In this document: positions 1 to 12,081 of the stretch, one piece after another
Layout: each line of letters starts with the position of its first letter
Position numbering within the stretch: the first letter of the stretch is position 1
Source of the DNA: Podarcis muralis
Lineage: Eukaryota
Reading direction: 5' to 3'
Assembly (NCBI RefSeq): GCF_964188315.1
Contig: NC_135657.1
Span: 70,990,001-71,054,000, forward strand
DNA: 64,000 nucleotides
Made by a program: the position numbers and the translations under genes
The notes under the pieces: model-generated
Seen by the model: the letters and a program-made list of their open reading frames with translations, nothing else
What the model was told of the DNA's origin: nothing
The model's database searches: none

Positions 1-52
1 TAAATAATTAATCTGAACCCAATCTGAATTGTGGTCATTTTCCCTCCCACAG

Positions 53-199
53 AGTTGTTATTGATGGATACCCTGTAACAAGAAAACAAGTAGACCTTCT
101 TGAAGAAATGAAAATCATTCCAGTAAAAATCTTTGAATTAGATATTGATGTGAAGGAGGTCCTCAGAAGAGCACTGCAGGATAAACAAATCCCTAACAG
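53..199 (+). CDS. AK9: AK9 coding exon
   Basis: cacag| ... aacag|gtagc; VVIDGYPVTRKQVDLLEEMKIIPVKIFELDIDVKEVLRRALQDK. Confidence 0.9.
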
Positions 200-252
200 G
201 TAGCAACACCATGAAGAGTGTGAAGTAATAACTCCCTCAGGTCACATTAATA

Positions 253-494
253 CAGTGGTACCTTGGGTTAAGTACTTAATTCATTCTGGAGGTCCGTTCT
301 TAACCTGAAACTGTTCTTAACCTGAAGCACCACTTTAGCTAATGGGGCCTCCTGCTGCCGCTGCGCCGTCGGAGCACGATTTCTGTTCGCATCCTGAAGC
401 AAAGTTCTTAACCCGAGGTACTATTTCTGGGTTAGCGGAGTCTGTAACCTGAAGCGTCTGTAACCTGAAGCGTATGTAACCCGAGGTACCACTG
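253..494. mobile_element. Tc1/mariner (Tigger-like) MITE
   Basis: TIR CAGTGGTACCT...AGGTACCACTG with TA on both sides; near-identical family copy at 9751-9968. Confidence 0.9.
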
Positions 495-543
495 TATTTC
501 ACAATTAGGCATGGTTTCTGGCTTAACATAGTTTACAGTGAAG

Positions 544-867
544 GAGCAGCATGGTAGACAATGTCCAGTTGCTCCCACTTCACTACTCCCCTGGCAGAAA
601 CAGGAAAAACAAATTACGAAGCTGCCATTATGCTTGGCTTCCCTTTACATCCAAACAACGGACCGTGGATTGTTATTTCCTAACAAGCCACAATATGTAA
701 GTCACCAACTAACCATGGTTTAAGGCTGATTAGCAGTTGTGGCTTGTTAGGGTTTCGACATAACAGGAAGCCAAGCTTAATGGTAGCTTCCTGGTAGGTT
801 TCTCACACATGGACCAGGGAAGTAGTGAAGTGGGAGCAGTTGGCCATTGTGTACTAACCTACTGCTC
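544..867. mobile_element. Fold-back (palindromic) non-autonomous DNA element
   Basis: Nested inverted arms (gctcccacttcactact / agtagtgaagtgggagc; cttggcttcc / ggaagccaag; cctaacaagccacaa / ttgtggcttgttagg) around a central AACCATGGTT palindrome. Confidence 0.75.
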
Positions 868-921
868 ATACTAGGCTGATATTAAAGCCTAATATTAATG
901 CACTTAAAATTGTCTTCTCAG

Positions 922-1142
922 ATATCCTTATCCAATGCACGACAGCTCCCATATTCTCTCTATCAAGAATTCGTGTTACAGAGCACAAACTGAAGAAATA
1001 AGACCTTACTACGAGGAGCAGCACCAAAACTGGTATGTGATTGATGCAACACACAGCAAATGGTGGATCTGGAACAAAATACTTGAGGAAGCTCAAGCAA
1101 TCACCAAGCAGATCCAGCTCTATCTGGAAAGAATACGACAAG
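922..1142 (+). CDS. AK9: AK9 coding exon
   Basis: ttctcag| ... caag|gtaag; YPYPMHDSSHIL...NWYVIDATHSKWWIWNKILEE... Confidence 0.92.
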
Positions 1143-2403
1143 GTAAGCAAATAATCCTGCTTTACATTAATGGGGGGTTTTTTGTTAGTGGATTTTATAT
1201 GTAATTCTATTATGCTACTTGGATTTGATTTTAACTTCAAATAAATGAAGATTAATATGAAACTTAAAAATAGAAGCTCAGAGTCTGATGAAGAAGCACA
1301 TGACCTATTTGAATAATAAAGAGAACATGAACCCATTACAAATCTTTGGGCTGGTCCACACTGGGCTTTATCATGACTTTCAAGTTGTTTGAGTCCCAGA
1401 TTTCTGGCCATTGTTCACATTAGTTGCTCTCAACCAGAACTCATCCCATGAATCACACCAAATCAGGTGGAAGAACCTAGCACTCCACAGGTGCAAGTTT
1501 ACTCCAACCAATTTTGGGCTATTCCCTCCCTCCCTCCCTCCCTCCCACTGCAACCCCATAAGATGCAGCCCACAATGCTCAGTAAGTCCCCCCCCCCCTC
1601 CCGGCCCTCAGGAGAGGCTTTTGTTGGGAGTAGGGGGGGGGGGGTTGCTGAGAGGAAAGGAAAGAGGAAGTTTACTTTCAGCTCACGCAACACTGGATAC
1701 AACTCTTACCAATTCAAAAGTTCTGCAGTTATTATCTGTATTTATACATTTATGGCCTGCTTCTGGCCCATCATCTTTCAAAGGGGTTACAAGTCAACCC
1801 AAATGGTAAATGGGATGGTAGTGCTGTTATCTGGTACAGTCAGGATCCTTCCAGATTGCCCTTTCACCAATATGAGGTAGGGCCAGCTTGAAACTTGATT
1901 TCAATTATTATTGTTGTTCTTACTCATTTTTTATTCAAAGCAGCATTTTGTAAGCAGACTCCAGATTCTGTTTGGAAACTGAAGGGAAAAGCTACATATG
2001 GTCAAAGTCTAGTTATAATTTAGTATCCTCCATGTAAAGAATCCATTTAGCAAATGGATTTTTTTCAGCTGTGAATGAAATACAATACTGCTAGTAAAGC
2101 TAACTTGCACGACGCATTCTAATAAATTAGTCATGTGTAGTAAGCCTTTAGATTCCACAAACTGGTGTGCTTTCTCTGCTTCATGGAGGCTAGATTAAAT
2201 TAGAAACATCTTTCTAACTTGATATTCACAGAAGTTAATCTGACTGACCTGCCAACCAAGCTATATACAGCATAACATACTGATTTGCTCTGTATTGTTT
2301 GGTATAGCTTTTGCATTTTCACATATCACTAAAATAGGTATACTCTACCAAATATGCAGTGTCACAGGTGAAACTTCACAGCATTGTATCCAATTGTTAA
2401 CAG

Positions 2404-2600
2404 GAATGGCAGCCAGTATTGCTGATTTGTGTATCATGCCACAAGAGCTGCTGTCTCGGCTGGGAGAGTTTGGGCAATATTGTCCTGTCAGCCTTGCAGA
2501 AAAGGGAGAGCTTGTTGATTGTTCTGTAGCGCCTTCTCTAAAGTTTGCAGCAGAATTTCGAGGACATTACTACAAAATGGCTGGACAAGAGGAACTAGAT
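2404..2600 (+). CDS. AK9: AK9 coding exon
   Basis: taacag| ... gat|gtaag; MAASIADLCIMPQELLSRLGEFGQYCPVSL...FRGHYYKMAGQEELD. Confidence 0.92.
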
Positions 2601-3410
2601 GTAAGTATCAAAAGGGGTAGAATATATATAGATAATCCATTTGTTGTTGTTGTTTTTTGTTGTTGTTTTTTTAAATGAATATTTATTAGCATTTTCTTAT
2701 ATATAGATAATCCATTTGGAAAGCAAATGGGTGCTGGCACAATGAATATATAAATAAAACTTCAAAGAGCTGGTGTCCTGCAGTAGCTCAGTGTGGGCTG
2801 GAAACTCCCTACTTGCAGTCTTACCTCTGCCACAAACTCATTAGGTGGCCTTAGGCAAGCCAAAAGATTGAAGAGTTTTGGGGTATCTTAAATACTAACA
2901 AATGTATTTGAGGACTAGATTCCAGTTAGCTTCAGCCATTTGCAATATGGCACTCAAACTAGTTTACTGTTATGGGAAGCCCTTTGAATGTTTTAATTAT
3001 ATAGAAGTGTTAAGAATTATTGTTTTATGGATGCTGACTCCAAGAAATAGTTAGCCATTGTTTTGTTGTGGCATTTGTCATATGGCCTTGTTTTTATAAA
3101 CCCTTTATTCAAAATGACCCCAGTGAAAGGGAAGTTCCATTGTTAGGTTAGAATTTTCTTTCCAAATGTTTGCATTCCTGATGTGTGTGTGTGTTGAGTG
3201 AAATGATGATTTTATGGAGGGATGGCAATACCCAAGCGTTTACCTTTATTTCGAATAAGTTCACACCCTCTATCATATCACCTGCTTGTCCTCATAGCCT
3301 CTTTTTTCACTGAAAGCTGGGCCATGGTGATGTTACCTTTATTGTGTTCTCCTGGACTGCTTTATCTCTCAGAATTGGATTCTGTCCCTTAAACAAAGAT
3401 TGGATTATGT

Positions 3411-4393
3411 GAAAAAGAAAAAGCACCAAAATTCTGACATGCTTTTTCCACATAAAAGATGGTAAATATATACCATCAGTCCTGGAAGTGTTCCAAGCTA
3501 AACCCCATCAGTTATTATATGGGGCTCAGATTTGGACAGGCACTCACCTTAGATCTACGGAAGCTGTCCAATCAAAGTTCTTAAGGCAATTTTTTCTGTA
3601 CCACCCTGTGTCCCAAACGCATCATTGCGCCAGGCTAACCTCCCCTCGGTTGAATTATGGATCTGGCATAGGACACTTAACTATTGGCTTTGCCTAAACT
3701 CAAATCCCCCTGGTCTAATATCCCTAGTGCTGCAAGATTGTCACCAGAACACCTGAACTAAAATTGTTTATCAAAAACTTTACTCTTGTGGTTTATCACC
3801 ACAACAGCTACTCACTTTGGGTTTTAGTAAAGCAAACAGTCTAATTTGTCAGCACCTAAATTATATCAAGCATCAGAACAACTTGGCCACGATAAGGAAA
3901 TTTTGCCCATGGTATGCCTATTTTCCACCTTCCCATTTTGACTCTCTGGCACCCTATCTGCATAACCTAGCAATTCTAAAATATAGACATGCTTTTACCC
4001 TCGCAAGATTGAATGTATTGCCCTTGGCTGCACTTGAGGGACGAGTCCAACAGATTCCACACAAAAAACACATGTCCCCGTGGAGATGGCAGTCCCAAAT
4101 CGGTGGTGCCTGCCCTTCTGGCTTGCACTCTTTATAAAGACTTGAGGAATGAGATTATCACCCCTCTTTTATTGTCCATTCTGGGTCGCCCAACCACTGT
4201 CACTGTGTCCTTTCTCTTGGCAGATCAAGATGAGCAGGTGACAGCAAAGGTTGCAGGGTTCACTATTTGACTGTTGATTCAGGACCCTAAAGTGTATTTT
4301 ATATAACTGACTTTTTATTTCTGTTCTTTGTATTTCGCATTGTTGTTTTGTTGCTGTAGCTGATGGCTGATGCAAATAAAGATCCATTCATTC
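3411..4393 (+). mobile_element. 5'-truncated, frameshifted non-LTR retrotransposon (RTE/RTE-X-like ORF2 C-terminus)
   Basis: 15-bp TSD AAGATTGGATTATGT at 3396-3410 and 4394-4408; degenerate LLYGAQIW and ARLNVLP...CP(C)GDG...LLACTLY segments; 3' AATAAA plus (TTCA)n tail. Confidence 0.8.
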
Positions 4394-4933
4394 AAGATTG
4401 GATTATGTCTTTATTCTGAAGTGCACCTAATGCAACTGGTGTAGAATGTTATATATAACAGTGGTCCCCAACCCCCAAGAACACTGGAAAATTGCTAAGA
4501 GTCTTGGTGGACCCCTTAAAAGATTTTTCTGCCTTTTGTATGACTTATAATGTATTCTCCTATATGTTGTATGTTTTTTAATTGTATTTTTCTTGCTGAT
4601 CTTATTTCTTATATATTTTATTGTATTGCAACTTGAATTCCACATAATATAAAATACAATAGATAATAAAACACAACGTAAGAAATAAAAGCAGCTACAA
4701 ATATACAATAAAAAATATTTAATTCACCATGTCTACCTTTCACAGTGGCTATGCCACCTGACTGAAGCTCATGGACCACTGATCTGTAGACTAGAATTTC
4801 AGAACTTCTGTTATATATGAAATAAGGGGGGGGGGGATAAATCTGTTCCTTAATAAGTAGCCTCAAATAATTTTGACCATGAATGAAAACATGAAATGTT
4901 TCTCCTCCTTCTCATACATTGCTTTCAATGCAG

Positions 4934-5103
4934 AAATTCCTGAAGAATCCAGAATTATATGTCCCCCCATTAGCACCTTATCCTCTCCCTCTCCCACATA
5001 AACTACCAAAGAAACTGACTGCAGCAGATGTGAAGGCTTTATTTCCTATGCAAGCTGAATTGCAAGGATTCTGTCCAGTTACTTACCTAGATGGGAAGCA
5101 AAG
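4934..5103 (+). CDS. AK9: AK9 coding exon
   Basis: atgcag| ... caaag|gtaaa; [19 protein letters not shown]...[14 protein letters not shown]. Confidence 0.92.
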
Positions 5104-6060
5104 GTAAACACTTGCATTTCCAAGGATTTCTGTTAATATAGAAAAATGCGATCTGTGCTAATAAGTTCTCAAACAGGCAAACTCCAACACCTTCCACTTT
5201 GCAGAATCATTACTATTCTGCATCACATTGTATTATTTATTGGACTTTATTGAATAAAATTTTAAAGTGGTGAAGGTGAAGTTAACATGGTTTGGGGGTG
5301 TACTTGATAACTTTACATAGGATTTAAGAATCTTTGCATTATTTGGGTGTATCCAAAGGTGCTTTTCTGCATTCTGTAAATACCTTCCATTCTCAAAAGG
5401 ACTGTTTTGCACCTCAAAAAGCTATGTAACTGTTACCCTTCATGGATTAAAAATTTAGATCAGCCACATGAATCCACAATCAGTAATGGACTGGATGAGG
5501 ACATACAAATGTAATCCACTTAACAGAAATGTTCCTGGTTAGAAGTCCTGATCCAAGGATATTGATGTAGCATGCTTTGGATGAGGTTGTACTCTTTTCA
5601 AACAATCCGGTCCATAGTTTGGGGATACTCCTTCAGGTGGCAGGTGTGGCCAGAAGCACTTCATAGGCAAGTGTATCAACTGTGACTTCTGGAGAAAGCA
5701 GACCTGGCCAATGGTCATGCATGCTTCAGGTTGCAATCCTATACCCATTTATTTGCAATCTCCACTGAACTGAGTGAGATTTACTTCAGAGCAGGCATGT
5801 ATAGGATTGCAGTATTATACAAAGACCGGTTCTTGCCACGTGCTGGATCTGCTTTTGAAAACACCTGGTCCAAAATGTTTTTCTGGAGCATGCAGCTCTT
5901 CTTTTATGCCAGTTTCACTGGCTGCAAATCAATTTCTGGACTCAATATGAAATTTCAGTTTAAAGCCACAAATCACTTAAAACCAGGGTAAAAGAACAAC
6001 TGCAACAAGTATGAGATGCAAATGTGGTGATGATATCTTCCTTTCATTTGCTGTTTTGAG

Positions 6061-6159
6061 GTATGAAGCACTGGTACCTGGGGACATTGAATATGCTGTA
6101 CTTTATCGCAACAAGCTATATATTTTTGAAAGTGAAGAAAAGCTTCAAAAGTTTATGAG
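6061..6159 (+). CDS. AK9: AK9 coding exon
   Basis: ttttgag| ... atgag|gtact; YEALVPGDIEYAVLYRNKLYIFESEEKLQKFM. Confidence 0.9.
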
Positions 6160-6246
6160 GTACTGAATACATCACTTTTTTACTTTTATTTATTGCTTTG
6201 TGTTTGGTTTGGTTTTTTAAAAAACCTACAATTTCTGTATTCTTAG

Positions 6247-6349
6247 ATTACCAGAGAAATATTGGAACCAGACCCTTCCACATAAACTTCCCCCAATAAA
6301 GGAGCCAATATTGCTGACAGCTCTTCCCCTGACTGGATACCTGGAACAG
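6247..6349 (+). CDS. AK9: AK9 coding exon
   Basis: tcttag| ... cag|gttat; LPEKYWNQTLPHKLPPIKEPILLTALPLTGYLEQ. Confidence 0.9.
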
Positions 6350-6894
6350 GTTATTATTTATTGTTAATGACACTCAAATTGACTTAACTTTGGGGGCCAA
6401 GATTCAAATGGGCAGTATCTAATCTCAACGCTGCTAAATGAATTCAGTAATGTAATGAAGCCATGTCACAGCTTTAGTCTTATTTTTGCAAAGGGTTTTC
6501 TTTTATTTTGGTAAACATGACTGATGCCTTCCCTCCTTTTTCTAAAGTAATGGGCAGTAATGGAAATAAGGGCCCAAATGTTGCACTTCTTTTAACTCTG
6601 TAAGCTTCTGGAAGGTCATTCGGTATTCTCCAAACTGACAGATGGTGATAAAGGTATTTATCAGAGCTCCAGGGGCTGCTGAAGCTATGACTTCAATGGC
6701 AGAGTTAGGAATATGTTGAGCAACTTTCAAAGTGATACAAAACTGAAAGGCACTGTAATTAATATAGAGGAGAGAATTAAAGGCCAGATTATGAATGATA
6801 GCACCAAGCAGTAAAGATTACAAAACATAAAACTTTATTAATGGAGTAGTGTTTGTATTGCTTAACTAACATTAGTGTTTGTGTTTGTCTGTAG

Positions 6895-7009
6895 GGTGTG
6901 GCCACAGCTCTGATAAAAGCAATGAATGAAGTAGGTTGTTTAAAACCAAAATTTCCTTTCCTAAGTGTGAAAAAGACTGCTCTGCTGTTCATAGCCTATC
7001 ATTTGAAAG
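6895..7009 (+). CDS. AK9: AK9 coding exon
   Basis: ctgtag| ... aaag|gtaca; [38 protein letters not shown]. Confidence 0.92.
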
Positions 7010-7890
7010 GTACAGTAAAACCTGTGCTATTATAGTATGAAGTAAAATAAAATAAAAATTAGTTTATATTTTTGACATTGATCTTTTGTTAAACATACAT
7101 GGTGACACAAGTCAATGCAAGCAGAGTTCTGCTCATGCAATAAGATCTCCCATTCAACCCTCCAGGAGAGATTTGGGGGGCATGGGAAGAAGTTTTGGGA
7201 TAGGAGAAATCCCTTTATGCGAGTGGAAGGCTATTCTCCTGCAAGTTGGACGCATTCATGCTAGAATAGTCTATGATCAAACTAGAAGTGACAGGGTAGG
7301 GTTCTATTGTGCTAGCAGAAATCCTTGCTCTGACAGAACATTCACAAAGCACACTACACTGGATACAATCCCATGTCTTTAGATATGGGACTGTCCCATT
7401 AAAGTGGAAAGTGGGGGCAATGGGTGCTGAATCCTTCTCCTACCTGGCCCTCTTAATTCATCCCTCCAGATACTTTTCTTACACCTGGTTTCAAGAAGAA
7501 GCCCAGCTGGAAGCACAGGTGTGGGGTGCAGGAAGGATTTGACATCCAATACCTATGCACTGCTTTTGACTCTTTAAATTGCACATCTACCTCTTCCTCT
7601 GCATGGTAATGGTGCAGACCTACATGGATCTACCTCCATCACATGTACCGGTAGTTTTGGCCACTAGATAACTAAGTTAGACACTGTACCTAAAATCTGG
7701 ATTTCTAGTTAGAAGCAACTGCACCATCACTGTTAACAGTATTGTAGATAGGGATTCAGTGTGGGGATCTTGTAGGCACTTGATGTTGCATAAATAATTC
7801 TATAATATGTCCTTAGGTGTTGTATAATTGCACAATGAATTAAGAAGTGCAAGTGATATGGCATAATCGGTATTATTTAACTTCCTGCAG

Positions 7891-8093
7891 CATATAACCC
7901 CAAGAGCTCTGATTATATACGAAAGAAGTACAAGAGGAAGTTGGAACGCTTCATAGATCATTGTGAACTTATCCCATACCTGGGAATCAAAATGACCCAG
8001 AGGTATAAAGAGCCTCAAAATCGACCTATTGACTTTGATCACAAATTACATACCTTTTTGTCTCTCAAAGATGTGGATCCAACCTCTCATTAG
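7891..8093 (+). CDS. AK9: AK9 last coding exon
   Basis: cctgcag|; AYNPKSSDYIRKKYKRKLERFIDHCELIPYLG...LSLKDVDPTSH*. Confidence 0.92.
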
Positions 8094-8152
8094 CCTGGAA
8101 TATATTAACATTTGAATGTTAAATTCTTTTGGTTTTTCTTCTGATCGTGCCC

Positions 8153-8158
8153 AATAAA
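8153..8158 (+). terminator. Candidate AK9 polyadenylation signal (AATAAA)
   Basis: AATAAA 60 nt after the AK9 stop codon. Confidence 0.55.
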
Positions 8159-9483
8159 TGATGGATCCAGCGTAACAGCCTCAGCAACATAAACAAAAGT
8201 CCTTTAGTTTCATGCATTTTAATGGGACAATTTGCAATTTACTCATATATTCTGTAACTAATACTAAAATATACTTGGCTTTTAATTATTTTGCTGTCAT
8301 TGAAAAATATTCAATCTAAAACTATTGTTCTCTAATGCTGTTAATGCAGATATTTAAATGTAATGTATTTTATTATAAAACCACTGAGAGAATGCTTTTG
8401 GTCTTCTGTAATTAGTGCTTTTTTATCTCTATTCTTTGTGAAGTATTTACCTCTACCTATATCTAATTGAAATTAAACAATATTCAACTAAGACCCATTG
8501 CTTGCTGCATACTGATTCTGAAGAGTTATGAGTAAATAATTTTATTTAGCCCTTCTGCATAGTATTATGAACAGGAGGGTGATCATTTTACTTCTGCATG
8601 TGTAAATCTTCTAAGGAACGAAAGCCACTTAGCATAGAGTAATAGTGTACACTGTCAGCAGCTGAAACATCTGCATGCTGCTATTTCCTGTGTGGGCACA
8701 TCTAAGAAATGCAGTCAATTGTCAATACAGTATATGAACAGTCAATATGCAGTCAATATATGAACTGTGTTCATATATGGTGGAACAGACACACTGAAAT
8801 ACTTTGAATAGGTTCTCAGATGAAAGAGACTGCACCTGCTTGTATCTCCCTTCACACAATTCCTTCTTTATAGAAGTGGGAAATCAGATGTTTCTTAGAA
8901 GATGTGGCATCTTCTGCTGTACTTGATAAACCTGTTTTCGATGAAGTAGCAAATTAGTGTCTGAGCTGAACCATTTCCCATCAATCTCCCGTTCAGGGAC
9001 TTCCCCATTAAACAGTGGTTTGGTGGTGGGTTATCACTTTTTCTGGTCTTATATAAAGGGATTTCAGTTGGGCTTGTTTCCAAGTAATGTCTTTATGCTT
9101 AGCCTCCCAGCTCAGCAACTACAAGATTCTCCTGTGACCAAAGAATTAACATCAGCCAAGACTAGGATTTAAACAAGTGGTTTTTCCTGTATACTTTCTA
9201 GCATCAAGATGTCTTGCTTGAGCTTGATGTGTAAGCAACGTTGTCTGGATAGTCACTTATTTGGTTAACCTGCTATATAGCTCTGACGCCTGCTCCTTCG
9301 CTCCCTTTGCCTGCAGCCTCCATTTGGATGGTGGCAGCAGCAACGAATGAGTCCAGCGCTTCCAATCCTCCCTGTTGGCCTGCAACAAGAGCGAGTGGGT
9401 CCCAATCCTTCCAGCCATGAGCAGAGGTAGCTTATCCCATCTCTCACTCACCAGCACTGTCCCTCTGGGTGGTGTGGCAAGTC

Positions 9484-10140
9484 CAGGGCCAGATTTAGGT
9501 TTGATGAGGCCCTAAGCTACTGAAGGTAATGGGGCCCTTTATATGTCCAGCTGTCCTTTGTCAACAACAAATTGTCACTGTTTTTTGTGTTGAATATATG
9601 CTATATGGTAATTTATGGACCTAACAGGTATCTAAAGCTATTTGCACATGTTGCCATGCAACCAGTCCATGCAGAATGTAGACACCCTGTATACAGAAAT
9701 GAGCAAACTAGTGATATTTTAGGGAGCAGGCTAGCAGGCGGGGCCCATTACAGTGGTACCTCGGGTTAAGAACTTAATTCGTTCTGGAGGTCCGTTGTTA
9801 ACCTGAAACTGTTCTTAACCTGAGGTACCACTTTAGCTAATGGGGCCTTCTGCTGCTGCTGCCACGCGATTTCTGTATTTATCCTGAAGCAAAGTTCTTA
9901 ACCCAAGGTACTATTTTTGGGTTAGCAGAATCTGTAACCTGAAGTGTCTGTAACCCGAGGTACCACTGTACTTACATCATAGGAGTCTACACAACAAAAA
10001 ACACTGTTGCTTTATGTAAGTTTTATTTTATTTGTTTTTTATCTGATATTTTGGAAATGTACATCCAGGTTATTTTCGTTGGGGGGGGGGCAAGAGAGTG
10101 GGGCCCTAAGCTACAGCTTGTTTAGCTTATACGTAAATCA
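9484..10140. mobile_element. hAT-like non-autonomous element (CAGGGCC terminus) carrying a nested Tigger-like MITE
   Basis: Starts CAGGGCCAGATTTA; internal GGCCCTAAGCTA repeated near both ends; right end ...TAAATC degenerate; interrupted at a TA by 9751-9968. Confidence 0.6.
9751..9968. mobile_element. Tc1/mariner (Tigger-like) MITE
   Basis: TA-CAGTGGTACCTCGGGTT...AACCCGAGGTACCACTG-TA; same family as 253-494. Confidence 0.9.
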
Positions 10141-10700
10141 AGTCCGATCCGTAAATCAAGTCCGATCCGTACCCGAGAGACGAACAAACGTGGAGGCAAG
10201 GCTTGCTGCTCCTTGCCGCCTCCACGTCTGTTTTTGCAGGCGAGCAAGTGACTGTCAGCTGCCTTGTGCCGTCCAACTTCGGGGAAGGAAGCGGCAGAGC
10301 ACGGGACGCCCGCCCTTGACTCATCCCTGCCGGTGCAGCAATACGCCAGACGTGCCTCCTTTCCGCGGCCAGCTCCCGCTAGACTGCCTGAGAGCAGCAA
10401 ACGAACCATCCGAGCCGCCTGCGCCCTCCGGAGTCTCCCCCGCCGCTCCCGTCCAGTGCAGCGAACTTCCCCTCTTGCTCCGCCCACTGCCGCGCGAGGG
10501 ATTTCTGATCCACTTCCTGCTCCGCGCTAGCGTCACTTCCGGGGTGCGCGGCTGCCGCTTTTGGCCTGCGCGTTCGGCTTCTTGCTCAACTGCCTGTCAC
10601 GGGGCTCGGGGTCCGGAGCCTCCTTCGCGCGTGGTGAGTCTGCCTTCCCTTTGAAGCGCTGATAACGGTCTCCACCGAGGAGGGCTCTGCCTCCCCCCTC
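10130..10700 (+). promoter_or_regulatory. ZBTB24: ZBTB24 CpG-island promoter and non-coding exon 1 (about 10540-10633)
   Basis: Dense CpG; CGTCACTTCCGG (ETS/GABP-type with CRE half-site) at about 10531-10542; strong donor GTG|GTGAGT at 10633/10634. Confidence 0.8.
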
Positions 10701-11685
10701 CCCTTTCCCTCCATGCTCCTGCGCCTGCCACTCTTTCCCAGTCAGGGTGGTCCCTTGTCCTGCTCCTAGTTGACAGCAATTTCTGGTGTGGGGCTGGGCT
10801 GCCAGCGCTGTCTTTCCTGGCAAGGCTCTTGCGCCTTTTAAATTAATAATCGCTCAAGAAGCAGGAATTCGGCAAGTGGAGCCTTTCTAGTATTTGGCAT
10901 CTCCACGCCGTGATAGAAGAAGCATCACCTGTTGAACTTATTGTCAAGAAAAGTAAAAAGGGACAGAGGATAGAATTTTGATTTCTTCCCACACAGACAC
11001 CTCCCCCTGGAGAGAGGAGAGAAAAGAATGGGCAATTTTACTCCCTTTTCCGGTTCTTTATCATCATCATCATCATCATCATCATAACTCCCTTTTCTTC
11101 TGTTTTTGTTTTTCTCATTGGTTGTCAATGGGAGTCGTTAGGTGGGAGGAGTTTAGAGAATAATAAGGGAGAAAATTAGTTTTGCCTATTCTTTCATTAG
11201 TGAGATATTTCCCTCCTGGAACAAGTTCATTGGAAGGAACTTTAGCATACTCTTGTTGTCTTTATGGAACTGTGATATTAAAATGTTGTGGGTTTTTTTT
11301 GGAATACGTACAACTTGATATCTTTGATGTTCTTAGTGATGGTATTGTGAGTAGATGGCACATGCAGATGACTGCAGATAAAGGCTACGTCGGAACAGGA
11401 CATGAAAGAGCCAGTGGTTGTTTTCCTTTACTCTAAACTTGCAAAAGCATTGGAAAAGAAAACCAGATTTCTGCTGATATGATGAGCCAAATAGTGATCT
11501 AATAAAAGACTTTCTTAAGACTAATCTTATTGAGCAAAGGTGGTTACTACACAATTCCTTATTCCAGGGAAATAATACACATAAGTTTGAGGCTCAGTTA
11601 GGCTTTGCTATGCTATTTGGTTTTATTGCAAGCTGCTCTGCATACTTTGAGTAGCAGAAAGTTGGTGTAGATAATACTGAACTAG

Positions 11686-11821
11686 ATGATGATGATGTTG
11701 ATGATAATTTATTTATACCCCACCCATCTGGCTGGGTTTCCCCAGCCACTCTGAGTGGCTCCCAACAGAATATTAAAACACACAATAAAACATCAGACAT
11801 TAAAAACTTCCCTAAACAGAT
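11686..11821 (-). mobile_element. L2-type LINE 3' end fragment
   Basis: tttatttataccc...ccccagccactctg...cattaaaaacttccctaaacag with (GAT)n tail; same family as 45914-46270. Confidence 0.65.
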
Positions 11822-12081
11822 GGACTGATAATCTAACTGAATACAATGCAACTTCCTATCTTCATGGAGGAGTACTCCATGTATCCAAACCAACAGGGAG
11901 AGATAAAAAAGCTAACTTCCAAGCCACTTTAGGAGATTGGGGAATCCTCCAGAACAGCAGTTAATGCTCTGTGTGGTGTTCTGTAATCGCCCCATGTGCA
12001 TACACAAGAACTTTTCCAATCATGAAGAAGCTCCTTGAATCACAGCAGTGTTTCTCAACCTTTCTTCTGTTTACAGCAACA

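Larger units (their letters stand above)
53..8093 (+). other. AK9: Gene model (3' part, 5' end outside window): adenylate kinase 9
   Basis: 8 GT-AG exons with continuous phase: join(53-199,922-1142,2404-2600,4934-5103,6061-6159,6247-6349,6895-7009,7891-8093), TAG at 8091-8093. AK lid-region motif VVIDGYP and AK9-type C-terminus; synteny with ZBTB24. Confidence 0.93.

Noticed and set aside
10007-10823. Several long overlapping ORFs (up to 215 aa) on both strands
   Set aside because: They lie in the GC-rich ZBTB24 CpG island, where stop codons are scarce. The sequences are low-complexity Arg/Pro/Gly/Ala with no recognisable domain.
11971-12081. 37-aa N-terminal extension of the ZBTB24 ORF in the track
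   Set aside because: It starts at a GTG inside the intron, upstream of the ttacag acceptor at 12076. The true start is the ATG at 12082.
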